A stretch of 63,806 nucleotides of DNA, filler included, from Reclinomonas americana ATCC 50394 (taxonomy: Eukaryota): the NCBI GenBank assembly GCA_048213135.1. It is 5 parts of 5 records of this genome, joined end to end, with 100 filler letters (N's around TTAATTAATTAA, not from the genome) between each part and the next. Parts side by side here need not be neighbours in the genome. Positions count along the whole stretch, not along the records: positions 1 to 19,086 come from PS015311.1; positions 19,187 to 47,127 come from PS015312.1; 3 more parts are not named here. The stretch is one strand, 5' to 3'. How positions within the stretch are numbered: position 1 is the stretch's first letter; each line of letters opens with the position of its first letter. The notes under the pieces are model-generated. The model searched no databases. It was not told the DNA's origin and saw nothing but the letters and a program-made list of their open reading frames with translations. Shown here in pieces: positions 15,543 through 28,900 of the stretch. The translations under genes were made by a program, and so were the position numbers.

Positions 15543-16816
15543 ATGTGAGCCAAACGCAATGCCTCTTCTCCACTCACAGTCTTGCTCACTGACTCGCACA
15601 CACAGGCCACCGAAAAACAAAAAGGAAAAGGTGCCGGGCGGCCGTCGCGGCGGCAAGAAGCAGCTCAAGCCGGTTCCCTCACTGCGTCGCCACGGCGACA
15701 ACCCCGCCGAGGCCGCCAAGTACAATCAGCCACTGGACGCGTCGTATGAGTCGCACGTGCCGCGAAAGCTGCTCCGCCTGATGCCATTCATACACGGAAG
15801 CAATGTCCCGCACCCGAAGAAGCCGGAGAGGAAGAAGATTGCACCGGCGACCACGAATCGATACGCAGAGCTGAGCAAGAAGCAGCGCGAGGAGAAGGCC
15901 AGTGCGGAGCCGAAGAAGAAGAAGAGCAAGCGGAACCGGATTGAGCCGTTGACGCCGGTGGACAGTCGGCGGCAGCTGGCCGAGGTCAAGGCGAGCGGGG
16001 AGCGTGTGCGGACGGCGCTGAGTCAGCTGCGGCAGGCGGAGGGCGAGTCGTTTGTGCAGTTCTCGCGGCGGTTGAAGAAGGCCACGGATGCGGAGCTGCG
16101 TGATGGGTTCCGCGTCGAGTCGAAGATCTCGGAGAAGCGCAAGCTGTTTCTGCGGCAGCGCAAGCTCAAGTTGAAGATGAAGAAGAAGCGGGCGCGCGGC
16201 GAGTATGTCGGCAGCAGCAGCGATGATGATGATGAGGATGGCTACTACAGTGGCGAGGAGGGAGAGGATGGTCGCCCGCCACGCAAGGTGAGCGAGAGAG
16301 CACTCTCAATCAGCATCGCCACAGGTGTTCATTGTTTCCGTGTTGCAGCGAGGCAAGCTGGAGGGCACGGATCAGTCGGGGCGGCGGGCGGACTTGAAGA
16401 TGCATGCCGACGGGAAGCCGCGCGTGGAGGAGTTCCCCAAGGCGCAGCCGGTCAAGTTTGGCCTGCAGGCCGAGGCGCCGCCGGATCTGCGCAAGCTCAA
16501 GGAGAAGCTGACGGCGAAGCGGCGTCAGGGGCAGCCGCTGTCGTCGCAGCTCGAGTCGCTCTCCGATGCGCAGCTGGAGGCGTTGCGCTTGCAGCGATTG
16601 CAGGACCGGCAGCGCGAGTTGACGCGCACCAAGGTGGTGGAGAATTACCGGCTGGCCAAGCAGCGACGGAGACTCGACGAGATCGAGCAGAGGAGAGTAG
16701 CGGAGGCGGCGGCGGCGGAGGCGGCGGCAAGCAAGAGTGGCGGGCGGAAAAAACGGAGAGGAGGAGGAGGAGATGGAGGCGACGACGAGGAGATGATGGT
16801 GGAGGATGATGATTGA
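15543..16816 (+). CDS. Lys/Arg-rich protein, CCDC137-like
   Basis: Start codon split AT|G by intron 15545-15605. Motifs ESHVPRKLLRLM, QAEGESFVQFSRRL, VKFGLQAEAPPDL and RTKVVENYRLAK match the CCDC137 pattern as I recall it. Confidence 0.6.
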
Positions 16817-16873
16817 GTGTGTGTGTTGATGCCGTGATAAAGGTTGTTGTGGAACAAACTCTCCTTGTCAGAT

Positions 16874-18649
16874 CTAGAGGGTGCACAGGCCGCCGCCAAT
16901 GTCGGCGGGGAAGCGCTGCGGCACATACGGGCCGTGCAGTGGCTCCGCAAGATCTCCAATCAGCAGCTGCTCGTCGGTGCCGGTGCCCTCCACCACAATC
17001 TTGCCGTCGTCGGTGCCGATGAGGACGGAACGGCCGTGCATTTGGAAGATGGCGGGAATGTCGGGGCCGTCTTGCACCCAGTTGACTGCGAGGAAAGGGA
17101 AAAGGGGAAAAGGGAAAGGTAGGGAGAGAAATGAGATCCAACACGCTTCCGCTGCATCTTCCGCTCTCTGCCTCCCCAACACCTTTCACTCAGTCCTGCT
17201 GCGCTGCTCGCACTCTTACTCGCCGAGTACACACCTCTTTCCCTCGCTGCCTCGCCGATGTCTCCTCTCATGCTTTCCCTCTCGGCTGTCTCCTCTCAAT
17301 ACAACCACTCTGTTCTCATGTTCACCAAGCGACCACATATCTTCACAGACCTCGTCTCAGCCTTTCCAACTCACTCTGCACTGCAATACCTCCACTCTCT
17401 CCATTGTGTATCACCACGCTATTTCATACTTCAACACAGAGAAGCCATCGCTTCCTCTCACTTCCTCACCACTGTCCACAGCTCAGTCTCTCCTCCTCTC
17501 TCCGTTAAGCGTCACTGTGCTGCTTTCATACTCGAAAAGTGGTGCCATCTCATTGTCTTCTCTCACAATCAGAGCGTTGTCTGCTCTTGTCATCTCGTTG
17601 CTGTCACCCTCACCAAGCAACCACGTCTTCCCCTCACCAGCTCACTCAGGCTTTACCCCGTCTTCTCCTCTCTTCACTCGTTGCTCTCCCCTTCCTCTCT
17701 CTTCCCCTTTACTCCTTCCCCCTTCCACCCCTCCCCCCTTCCCCCTTTATCCCTTCTCCCCATCCGCGCACCATAGGCCAGCGCCACTCCATTCTCAATG
17801 GCCCTCGACCGCGAGATCACCTCCGACAGCACATTGTTGTCGGCCGGGTACCCATTGGCCGTGGGAATGAGAATGAGCTGCGCGCCCTGCAGCGCGAGAA
17901 TGCGGCTCTGCACCACCACCTTCTTCAGCACGCACTCGTACGCACACGCACATGCATGGCTTCCCTCCCACCGCTCACCGGTTCCACGAGGAAAACATCA
18001 AAGCAAATGAGCATGCCCACCCGAATGCCGCGCCACTCAATCACCGGCCCGAACGAGTCACCACGCTGGAAGAACACGTCCTCCCCAGCGGCCAAGTTCA
18101 CCTGCGATACTCTTGAGTTTCGCGCGCGGAGAAACCCTTCTCCGTCAGCGCATGCACGAAACCTTCCGATAGTGCCCGAGTCGCACTCCGCGCTGATCGA
18201 TAAACGACGCCGCATCGTAGTACTCACGCTTGCCAGTGACATTGTTGAAGACGAGCTCGGGGAACGTGTACACTATCGACACGTTGCGATGGGCGGCGAT
18301 CCGCGAAGCCTCCTGGAACGACTCGCCATCGGCCTCCTCGGCGAACGGCAGCGCCTCGGGCGTGTATCCCGTGAGAAAGAGCTCGGGAAGCACCAGCAGT
18401 TCGGCACCAGAAGCCGTTGCACTGTGGCGGGAAACCCAAAGATCAGTCGGAGTGATGCAGCTGCGGCCGCAGCATGATCATGACACGGAACGTTGCGGCG
18501 AGCTGATCGAGATGTTGGAGACGCGCGGCCACGTTGGGACGCAGTGTGGTGGAGTGCACCTGCGCGAGCGCGATGCGGAGACTCACCGCCGAGTGTACCA
18601 GTGAGAGCACAAATACAAGCAACAGCAGCGGCGCGCCACGTGAGTGCAT
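16874..18649 (-). CDS. Carbon-nitrogen hydrolase (nitrilase superfamily) with signal peptide
   Basis: Hydrophobic leader MHSRGAPLLLLVFVLSLVHSAVS, then LRIALAQ. Catalytic triad in LVLPELFLTGY (E), HYRK (K) and GMLICFD (C); also SRAIENG. Confidence 0.9.
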
Positions 18650-18996
18650 TGCAGTTGTGAAAAAATGTAGACTTGGGCGCCAAATTGTTCCGTTACGGAC
18701 CGTTCTTGTCGACATGTGCACAGTGCTGCGCGCCACCGCGCAGTACACGAGGAGCGGTGCACTAGCGAGGTCTGTAGCAACTCCGCCTCGCAAATGCACA
18801 CCTATCGACGTCATCGTAGTGTATACTGCATATTCTACTTTTCGCGCCAAGAAACGCATTGTTGGGCGCCAAACAAAGCCGTTTCAATCGTGACAACTTT
18901 TTTCTTTGTGGCCGTGGAGAGCGCACAACCCCCCCCGCAACCCCCAGTTCTGTTCTTTTCTCTCGCTGTTGATCTGAAACAGTTGCTGTGAAAGAC

Positions 18997-19078
18997 ATGA
19001 AGCTTTCACTGACGCTGCTGCTGGCGCTGCTGGCGGTGGCCGTCTTTGCCGTCCTGGCGATGGGCTACGAAGAGCAAG
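18997..19078 (+). CDS. First exon of a secreted protein (signal peptide), truncated at the scaffold end
   Basis: MKLSLTLLLALLAVAVFAVLAMGYEEQ followed by a G|gtgtgt donor. Confidence 0.6.
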
Positions 19079-19086
19079 GTGTGTTT

Positions 19087-19186
19087 NNNNNNNNNNNNNN
19101 NNNNNNNNNNNNNNNNNNNNNNNNNNNNNNTTAATTAATTAANNNNNNNNNNNNNNNNNNNNNNNNNNNNNNNNNNNNNNNNNNNN
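19087..19186. other. Artificial scaffold linker N44-TTAATTAATTAA-N44 (also at 47128-47227, 57890-57989, 61475-61574)
   Basis: The same 100-nt spacer with stops in all six frames occurs four times, and genes are truncated at these points. Confidence 0.95.
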
Positions 19187-19379
<193 letters not shown>

Positions 19380-19415
19380 ACTCTCCGTGCTCACCACTTA
19401 ATTCCCCCACCTGCA

Positions 19416-20324
19416 GTGTCCAATCCCTGGACCGATGCAATCGACTCGGCCGCAATGCGCTGATGAAGTCGAAGAACTTGAATCGGCAAAAAGGCCGACT
19501 GGGGGTTGCGTCGCATGTCAAAGCCCCTTCGCTTCCTCTCCCCCCCTCTCCACTCACTCTCCCCACCCGCAGCCGACGCTGGTGTTGAAACTGGAGAAGC
19601 TGGATCGGAATCTGCGCGAGGCCATGGCGCGATATCAGGAGTGCTCGGCAGAGTACTCGCGTCGCTCGCGTGCCACCACGCCCGAGAAGAAGGCCACCCG
19701 TGTGACGGTGACTATACAGCCGGCGAGTGGCGCGCGCTCCGACTCGCCCACCAGCTCTGATCAGAGGTCGGTCGTCTGTGTGCGTATTTTTCACGCACCA
19801 GAGCACCCTGTGTTGACGCACCCCTCGCACGCAGAACACTGCTGCTCAAGGCGGAGACCTACGACGACGACCAGCTGACGCTGCAAGAGTCGATTGTGCG
19901 GGAGCGAGAAAAGGAGATTGCCGAGATTGCCATTACGGCGCGGGATGTTCGTGAGATTTTCCGCGACTTGCACAACATTGTACAGGATCAGCAAGTGCAT
20001 GTCGGTGCGTGCATGTGCGCAGAGTTGCGAAGTGTGGCAGTGTGCACTCACGAGTGTCTTGCAGAAACGATTGCGGACAACACTGCCCGTGCCAATGTGC
20101 ACACTCGAGCCGCTGTCAAGGAGGTCAACAAGGCGATGGAGTACCAGGGAAAGTGCGTGCACCAGCTTTGTGCGTCACTCTCTCTCTCTCTCTCTCCACA
20201 TTCCACTCATCGCTATCGCGTCGTGCCTCACAGATACCGCAACAAGGCCTGCCTGCTGCTGCTGGTGGTGACGATTGTGGCGTGTGTTGCGGCGGCCATC
20301 TTTGTCGGCGTGTTGTATGTATAA
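19416..20324 (+). CDS. Syntaxin (Qa-SNARE, syntaxin-7/12-like), 5'-truncated
   Basis: EREKEIAEIAITARDVREIFRDLHNIVQDQQVHV|ETIADNTARANVHTRAAVKEVNKAMEYQ, followed by a C-terminal TM segment LLLLVVTIVACVAAAIFVGVLYV*. Confidence 0.85.
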
Positions 20325-20400
20325 ACGGGAGCGGAGAGTGAAGTGGAAGAAAAAATTGATGTAAACTCGGCGCTGGCGCTGCGGCACTTGGGTGTGTATA

Positions 20401-21507
20401 TTACTTGGCCGCCTTCTTGCTGGTCGAGGATCTGTAGAGTGCCTTCATCTTCTCGAATACCACAAACGTCAAAATTGTGTGCGGCCCGAGGCGGATGAAC
20501 GCTGGCACGAAACCGCGGAACAAGGCCGGGGCGCCCTCGTTCTTGACCGTCACCAGCAGGCATTGCATGGGGCCCGAGTAGGTGCCTGTGGGGCGGAGAA
20601 GTGTGAGTGGGTGTGTGACGAGAAGGGTTGAGTTAATCGCCGCTCCCTCCCTCCCTTGTCGCTCGCCTCTGTCTTCCTTCGTCGCTCGCTGCTCACACTC
20701 TCCCTTCGTCGCTCGCTGCTCACTCCCTCCCTTTGTCGCTCGCTGCTCACTCTCCCTTCGTCGCTCGCTGCTCCATCTCCCATCGTCGCACGCTCCTCCC
20801 TCTCTCGCCGCTCACTCTCCCTTCGTCGCTCACTCTCCCCTCCGTCGCTCACTCCCTCCCTTCGTCGCCCGCTGCTCTCTCTCCCCTTTGTCGCTCACCT
20901 GGTGTCGCATTCATTACTCTCGACTTGACGACGTCGAGGGGCATGGTGATGGCAGTGGCGATGAAACCGGCGATGAACGAGGCGACAAAGTGCGTAGTGG
21001 TGGAGTCACCAAACACTGACGAAGGGTGAGGTAAACACACAAGACGAAAAGAAAAGGAGTCGTGGACGAGCTCACCTCCCGTGGCTATGAGCATCTCCTT
21101 GGCCTGCCCGTAGCTTGCAATCTGACCCACCGTCATCAGCATGCCACGAGTGACCATCGGCGTCGCTCCACGGAACAGATTGGTGACACTGCAGGCAGTG
21201 TGAGGCACCTCGAACTTGCAAACCACACAACAACAGCGGGTACGCACCCTCCCTCGCGAGTGATGCAGTAGAGTCCGTGGAACGCATTGCGATAGTTGCG
21301 ACGCTGCTCAAGCGGCAGCCGACCATCGGCCTGCATGCGCACGTTGGTCAAGTCGGCGGGCACACCAGCCAAGCCACCGAAACCTGCACAAGGCAAGCAA
21401 GGGGTGAGGAGGAGAAGAAGAAGAGGCAGAGGAAGAGGAGGAGGTTGAGGAGGAGGAGGAGGAGGTTGAGGAGGAGGAGGAGGAAGAGGGAGAAGAAGAA
21501 GAAGAAG

Positions 21508-21547
<40 letters not shown>

Positions 21548-22733
21548 NNNNNNNNNNNNNNNNNNNNNNNNNNNNNNNNNNNNNNNNNNNNNNNNNNNNN
21601 NNNNNNNNNNNNNNNNNNNNNNNNNNNNNNNNNNNNNNNNNNNNNNNNNNNNNNNNNNNNNNNNNNNNNNNNNNNNNNNNNNNNNNNNNNNNNNNNNNNN
21701 NNNNNNNNNNNNNNNNNNNNNNNNNNNNNNNNNNNNNNNNNNNNNNNNNNNNNNNNNNNNNNNNNNNNNNNNNNNNNNNNNNNNNNNNNNNNNNNNNNNN
21801 NNNNNNNNNNNNNNNNNNNNNNNNNNNNNNNNNNNNNNNNNNNNNNNNNNNNNNNNNNNNNNNNNNNNNNNNNNNNNNNNNNNNNNNNNNNNNNNNNNNN
21901 NNNNNNNNNNNNNNNNNNNNNNNNNNNNNNNNNNNNNNNNNNNNNNNNNNNNNNNNNNNNNNNNNNNNNNNNNNNNNNNNNNNNNNNNNNNNNNNNNNNN
22001 NNNNNNNNNNNNNNNNNNNNNNNNNNNNNNNNNNNNNNNNNNNNNNNNNNNNNNNNNNNNNNNNNNNNNNNNNNNNNNNNNNNNNNNNNNNNNNNNNNNN
22101 NNNNNNNNNNNNNNNNNNNNNNNNNNNNNNNNNNNNNNNNNNNNNNNNNNNNNNNNNNNNNNNNNNNNNNNNNNNNNNNNNNNNNNNNNNNNNNNNNNNA
22201 GAAGAAGAACAAGAAGAAGAAGAAGAAGGAGGAGGAGGAGGAGGAGGAGAAGGAGGAAAGAGACAAGCAGCTGACCTCCAGCAATAGCCGCCACTGTAAT
22301 CTTCTTCCACAGAGGCATATTCTGCCCGGGCGCCGCGCGGAACATTGGCTGCTCCGACAGCACATCGAAGGCGCCAAAGCGCACTGTCGAGTACGTCAAC
22401 TGGCGCAACAAAGAGGCCGAGAGACCCGCATAAAGTGCCAGGAAACCCTCGCGTTTGAACACCTGAATGCCCGTTCCAATGAACCCTGATCATTTGGGAG
22501 AATGAGAATGTGCGAATCTCTTTGAGAGAGTGTGTGTGTGTGTGACCTGCTTGCGGGGTGCCTGCGTTGACTTGCAGACGGACTTTGATGAGGTCCAGAG
22601 GGTGCGTGAAGCATGCAGCGACCGCCTGCACAATGAGTGAGTGTCAGTGTGAGTGAGAGAGTGTTTGACTGTGCAGTTTCGTAACTGATGCGACACCGCC
22701 AAAGTAGAAAGGATAGCCGGCTTCGCCACTCAT
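20401..22733 (-). CDS. Mitochondrial carrier, dicarboxylate/oxoglutarate (SLC25A10/DIC-like), 7 exons traced
   Basis: YPFYFGGVAS|AVAACFTHPLDLIKVRLQ; GLSASLLRQLTYSTVRFG; PADLTNVRMQADGRLPLEQRRNYRNAFHG; MPLDVVKSRVMN; PAFIRLGPHTILTF. Confidence 0.95.
20640..20897. repeat. Intronic minisatellite (~20-29 bp units)
   Basis: Repeated tccctt(c/t)gtcgctcgctgctcactc units inside the last intron of the carrier gene. Confidence 0.8.
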
Positions 22734-22955
22734 GAGTAAGCAAGAGGAAAATTCACTGCGCTCTGACTGAGTGACTTGCAAAGTAAGTGTGGGACATGAT
22801 CATGACATCGTTCAAAGCGCGGGGTTCTGAGCTCTGTCAGTGAATGTGCGGCTTCTGTGTACGCCCATGACATGCGCTGCTTGCTTTGTGTACAACTGGA
22901 GCAGCGGGGGAAACACAGCAACTTCGCATGCATGAACGCGACGTCGACGTCGATC

Positions 22956-25853
22956 ATGGCGCAGCCTGCGCTGACCGTTGCCAAGTGCCGTACATGTTTT
23001 CCTCTCACGCCCCTAGGTCCCCTTGTAGGCAACAAGCGTCTGCAACAGCTGCCAGTCAGCGCAGACCATCAGAAGAAGCAAAAATAGCAGAAATCCAACT
23101 GCAAATCCTACATGCAGCTCACGTATCGCACAGTGCCCATCCCACTGCATTAGAGACCGCATATACACTCACACACCTTCTTTCACAGCTGCATGCTGCC
23201 CAGCTCCGCGACGTTTGTTCGCCGGTATCTATCAGGACACCTTCGTTTGTGTGACTTGAGAGAAGAATGCTCTCCCAATCGCGCGTACAGATCGAGCGAT
23301 GGCGATCGTATCTGAGCGGCAATAAGGGCACGCAGCTCGATCTGTCAACACTCTATCTCAAGAGCCGCGGAGGGTGATCAGTCACTCACACACACTCAAG
23401 TCTCTCTCTCTCTCACACACTCTCTTTGCGCGCCCCACAGTGAGCTGCTTGCCGACGCACTGCGCAGCAACTCGTCACTGTCGTTCCTCGGAGTCTCGCA
23501 GTGCCATTTGCAGGATCGAGGATGGTGCACTCTCTCTCAATCTTCCTCTCTTCTCTCACTCACTCTCACTCTCTCTCAGTGTGGCCATTGCTCGTGTGCT
23601 GGCCAAACACCGCGGCCTGCGCGTCCTCTCCATCCACACCAACAAGTTCGGCAAGGAGGGCGCACAGGCACTGTTGGATATGCTGGAGGCCAATCCGCGC
23701 ATTGTCAAGGTAAGGTCACCAAATCGTGTCGATCGATCATGTCGCTCTCTCACTGACGATCTGTGGTGGACAGGTGAGCATTGTGCCGAACCCTGGTGTG
23801 CCTCGCGAGATGCGGCAAGCGATCCTCGAGAAGGCGTGGTCGAATGCGCAGGCGTTGACGGCCGAGGAACGAGAGTTGAGTGCTGTCTCTCATACTGGAC
23901 TGTTTGATCGTTGGCATGCTCACTATCTTGGTGGGCGAGGTTAGGTCCATGGACATTCGCGATCCTGCGCAGCTGTCGCCGGTGCAAGTGAGTCCCGAGT
24001 CGTCGGCCAACGCGGCCAGTGGCTCGGCGGATCCGGTGGCACCAGCAGTCACGACGCAGTTGCGATACCATTGCGTCTCGCTCGTTGCAGCGTCACTCTC
24101 TTGCTGACATGTCGTGCGAAGAGTGTCGTCTCCCCAGACGGCTCCATCGGCGGCCACCAGCAGCGCACAGTCGCCTCCGACTGCGGTCACACGTGCCGAC
24201 AGTGAGCCAGCCGTCGCCAGGGCGCAGGAAGTTCTGGTCGCCGACGATGGGTTTGCGTATGTGGTGGACGGTGCGCGCTGTACTACTGCCGTGCTGTGTG
24301 TGTGTGCTGCACTCTTAAAAATCGCCACACAACACAGAGCGCATGGTGATCGGGCAAGGCTCTTTTGGTGTGGTGCATGCGGGGCGAGTGGTGCGAGGTC
24401 CGCTTAATGGCAAGGCCGTGGCAGTCAAGCGTGTGCGGCTCATGGGATCCGAGATTCAGGTCTGTATCTGTGCTTCTGTGAAACAGTCCTCTGTGCTCAC
24501 CCTCTGCATTCAGAGCGCGCTGGAGGAGATTGAAATTCTCAACGGCCTCTCCCATCCCAACAGTTTCGTCGTTCGTGCGAGGATGCCGCCTGCAAACAAT
24601 CGGGATTTGGTGTGTCTGACCCCCGCGTTTTGCATCGCCAGTTGTGAAGGCGCTGGCTGTCAACTGCACAGACTACTTTCTGGATATTGTGATGGAGCTG
24701 TGCAATGGCGGATCGCTGCAGAAGCAGTTGCAGTCTTTCGGGCCACCGCACATCAATGTGGTGAAGGACTACACGGCGCAGATGTTGGCGTTGCGTGCCT
24801 ACCCGCCTCTCTGTACTTACAGCATCTCTTCTGAATCTAATGCGCAGTGGATTGGTATACCTGCACAATCGTGGCATTGTTCATCGAGGTATGATGATGA
24901 ATATTTAATGTTGTTCCCCTCCACTGTTTTATCATCCTCACGTCCAACCCCACGCAGATTTGAAGCCTGGCAACGTGCTCCTGCATGTAGATGATGCCGT
25001 ACCTAATGTGCGTCGCTGTCAATTCTTTCGATGCATGTCGCCGTCTCATCGTGAGCTGCGTGCAGATTTTGCTGGGCGACATGGGCAGCGCCAAGGTCAT
25101 GGACTTTACCGCCACCGCGACCTGCACACCTGGAACTGTGGCATGTTGCGTGCGTGTGTTGACTCGCTTACGAAGGAACCATCTCACTCAATCTCTCTCT
25201 CTCTGTGGCGCGCGCTCTGTCTCTCCCTTCCTGCCTCCCTCCCTCCCTCTCTCTCCTCCCTCCCTCCCTCCCTTACTTACTCGCTCCCTCGCTCCCTCCC
25301 TCTCCCCCTCTCTCACCCTCTCTGTGTGACCAGACACGGCTCCCGAGACCGTGGCACCGGGAGTCGACCGGCGCATCAAGTACGGTGCCAAGGCCGACAT
25401 TTGGTCACTAGGTGCCACCGTTCTCCACCTTCTCACCGGGCAGCGACCGTACGCGCAGTTCACCGACACGGTGGCTGTCATATGGCAAGTGGGCCAGGGG
25501 CGCGCACCCGAGGTGCCCGAGTCACTGGAGCCACGCGCACGCGACTTTTGTCTCAAGTGCCTGCGAGTGTGCGTGCGTTTGTGTCCAATCCCACGTGTAC
25601 TTATCGATCACTCACCCAGCCACGCAGTGACCCCGCTGAGAGACCAACCGCCGAGGAGCTTTTGCGTCACCCCTTTGTTGTCGACGAGGACAGACCACCA
25701 ACCGTGGAGAGTTCACCGTCGGGAAGCGGCTCGCGGCCACACACCTACGGTGGGGACGAAGACGGTGACGACGACGACGACGATGATGATGATGGCGACG
25801 ACGACGACGACGACGATGCCGTGTTCGAGGACGCCGTAGAGGATTTTGACTAA
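22956..25853 (+). CDS. LRR (ribonuclease-inhibitor type) + Ser/Thr kinase (STE/MAP3K-like) with an acidic tail
   Basis: LRRs ELLADALRSNSSLSFLGVSQCHLQDRG and LRVLSIHTNKFGKEGAQALL. Kinase motifs IGQGSFGVV, VAVK, HPNIV, HRDLKPGN, LGDMG, GTVAYTAPE, ADIWSLG and DPAERPTAEELLRHPF. About 15 GT-AG introns. Confidence 0.9.
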
Positions 25854-25907
25854 TGGACGGCAACTTAATTTTTTCTTCTTCACCTCTACTGTGTCTGTCT
25901 CCTTACT

Positions 25908-28900
25908 CTAATTGACGGTGCGTGAGCTGACGCGCACGCAATGATCCGGATTCTTGTTGTCCGGATCGATCCAGCCGGGGCCGGGCCACCGCCTTGGTTT
26001 CACGTCGTCCGTGTCGAACAAGTAGAAGCCGGGGAATTGCTCCACATCGTCGGCAGTCGCTCCCGTCATGTCAATGGTCCGCTTGAGATCCGGCTCCAAC
26101 GGGAAGCGCTGCAGCGAGCGATACTGCACCACCATTTCGTGCAAGTACGCCATCACCGCCTCCTCGCTGAATACTGTGGCGGCAAAATTGCGACAGGCGT
26201 CGGCGATGCGGCGCGTGTGATCCGGGTGCGATTCGAGGTATTGCAGGCGCCTGATCTGCGGTGCGGTGGAGGGTGAGGCAAGAGGCACGCATGATGCATG
26301 CGCACAGAAAAAGAGAGAGAGACGCACCAAATCCTTGCCATCCCATCGGAAGGGCACATAGTGCGTCCACGGGCGCAGCAGCGGCGTGTGGAAATCTTGA
26401 AAGGAGGTATCTTGCAAGAGGAGCACGGAGCCACACACCATCAGGTACTTGTTTCTGGTCAACAAGGTTGAGAAAACCAGCAAAGGAACAAGAGCGATCT
26501 CGCGCACACGCACCGTGCCGTCCACGACATGCCTTCAATGGAGAGCAGGTACCTGTAGCGGCAGTGATCGTACATGGAGACGAAATTGGTTCTGCCACGC
26601 GACGAGGTGAGCAGACGCAGAAACAGGCATGGTCTTCTGATGCGCGCAACTCCTTCTCATCAGGGAACTCCACGTCCACTTGGTGGTCTTTGAGGACGCC
26701 GTTGTTCACCATGTCGTGCAGATTTTGCACCACGATCTCTCGCAGTGACGGTCTACTGACGCCGTGTGGCAGGCCTGAGCGTGCACAAAGCACGTGAGGG
26801 CGATTGAGGGAGAGAGAGAGAGAGGTCTCGAAGCATGCAGCACACCTCGCCAAAACATGGTCGGCTGCTTGAAGTCAAACGTTAGGCGGAGAGCGGCCAC
26901 GGCGGGCACAAACTCACGCCAAAAATGCGGAATGCGCTTGTCCACCCAGTGATGGAAAGTAAAGTCGGGCATGAGGATGTCCACCTGCACTCGCACCACA
27001 GTCAATCATCATCGCAAAACAGAAAAACGAGACCTGCCTCTCTCTCCCTCCCTCACTCGCTCTCTCTTTCCCCGTCTCTCTCTCGCCAGCCAACCTCCTC
27101 TTGCGTCCGCGCCGGCGAAATCACCAACGGCAGCACCTCGTCGGGCTTGTAATCTCGCAGCTCCACGCGCGCCGTGTCCGACAGATTGACGGCAATGTCG
27201 AAATCCGGCGTATCCGGGTACAGCTCCAGCATGCGCATGAAGAGCCACAGCGTGCTCTGTCGTCGACACATGTATCCGCGGCGGCCGTAAAAGTACAGGC
27301 GGCCGTTGATCTTTTGCAAGCGGAAGCCTTGTTCGCGCACGTAGACGGTGAGGTTGAGGGCGCGTTCGTGGAGCTCAGGGGTGATGGTGTGGCCCTGTGG
27401 GAGAGAAGAGGAGAGGGAGGTGAATGAGAGTGAAGGAAGGGGGAATGGTGGGGAAGGGAAGGGGGAAGGAAGGGAGAAGGAAGGGGGAAGGACGGAAGAT
27501 GGAGGAGAAGGAGGAGAAGGAGGAGGATGAGAAGAAGAAGAAGAAGAAGAATAAAGGGGAGAGGAGAAAGAGGAGGAGGATGAGGAGGATGAGGAGGAGG
27601 AGAAGAACAGCAACAACAACAGCAACAACAACAACAACAAGAGCAACAACAAGCAAAGAAGCACAAACAGAAGAACAAGCAGACGCAGAAGATGAACACC
27701 AAGAACATGAAGAAGAAGAAGAGGGAGAAGAACAAGTAGAAGAAGAAGAAGAAGAAGGAGATTGGAGAATGAGAAAAACAGCAACAGCAACAACACGAAC
27801 AACAACAACACCAACAAGAAAAGAAGCACAAGAAGAAGAACAAGCAGAAGCAAAAGATGAACACCAAAAACATGAAGAAGAAGAAGAGGGAGGAGGAGGA
27901 GGAGGAGGTGAAGAAGAAGAAGAAGAAGAAGAAGAAGAAGAAGAAGAAGAAGAAGAAGCACAAGAAGAAAAAAGAGAGAAAGCAAGAAGGAGGAGAAGCA
28001 GAAGAAGAAGAGGAAGACGAGAAAGAACATGCAGCACAGGCACACCAACACCATCAGTCCATTCGCCTCACCTGCTGATGCCACCTGGCAAAGTACCACC
28101 TGGCCAGCTCCCTCGCCACCTCCGTGCCATTCTTCGCACTCCCACCAGTAGCAGCATCCCACGACAATGTCGGCGTCGGCTCGACAATATACCCATTCCC
28201 ATCGTCCACGGGCGACAAGGACGACGACGACGACAGGAACCACCACCAACTGCAAATAACAGTGGCAACTGCACCGATAGGAGAGAGAGAGAGAAAGATG
28301 AAGGATAGTAAGTGCAAGGGACTTGCGATCAAGGCCTGCCTGCTTGACTGTCTCCTTCNNNNNNNNNNNNNNNNNNNNNNNNNNNNNNNNNNNNNNNNNN
28401 NNNNNNNNNNNNNNNNNNNNNNNNNNNNNNNNNNNNNNNNNNNNNNNNNNNNNNNNNNNNNNNNNNNNNNNNNNNNNNNNNNNNNNNNNNNNNNNNNNNN
28501 NNNNNNNNNNNNNNNNNNNNNNNNNNNNNNNNNNNNNNNNNNNNNNNNNNNNNNNNNNNNNNNNNNNNNNNNNNNNNNNNNNNNNNNNNNNNNNNNNNNN
28601 NNNNNNNNNNNNNNNNNNNNNNNNNNNNNNNNNNNNNNNNNNNNNNNNNNNNNNNNNNNNNNNNNNNNNNNNNNNNNNNNNNNNNNNNNNNNNNNNNNNN
28701 NNNNNNNNNNNNNNNNNNNNNNNNNNNNNNNNNNNNNNNNNNNNNNNNNNNNNNNNNNNNNNNNNNNNNNNNNNNNNNNNNNNNNNNNNNNNNNNNNNNN
28801 NNNNNNNNNNNNNNNNNNNNNNNNNNNNNNNNNNNNNNNNNNNNNNNNNNNNNNNNNNNNNNNNNNNNNNNNNNNNNNNNNNNNNNNNNNNNNNNNNNNN

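Noticed and set aside
19131..19142. TTAATTAATTAA palindrome occurring four times between N runs
   Set aside because: Artificial six-frame-stop linker between scaffolds; neighbourhoods across it mean nothing.
23875..25150. Non-GT (TT-start) introns as an alternative reading of GTTGCG donors
   Set aside because: Moving the cut by one base loses the terminal AG and breaks conserved residues (HPNIV would become HPNSV).
27420..28030. Long poly-E/K/L/S ORFs on both strands
   Set aside because: GAA/CAA microsatellites inside a GT90 intron; the flanking exons join in frame without them.
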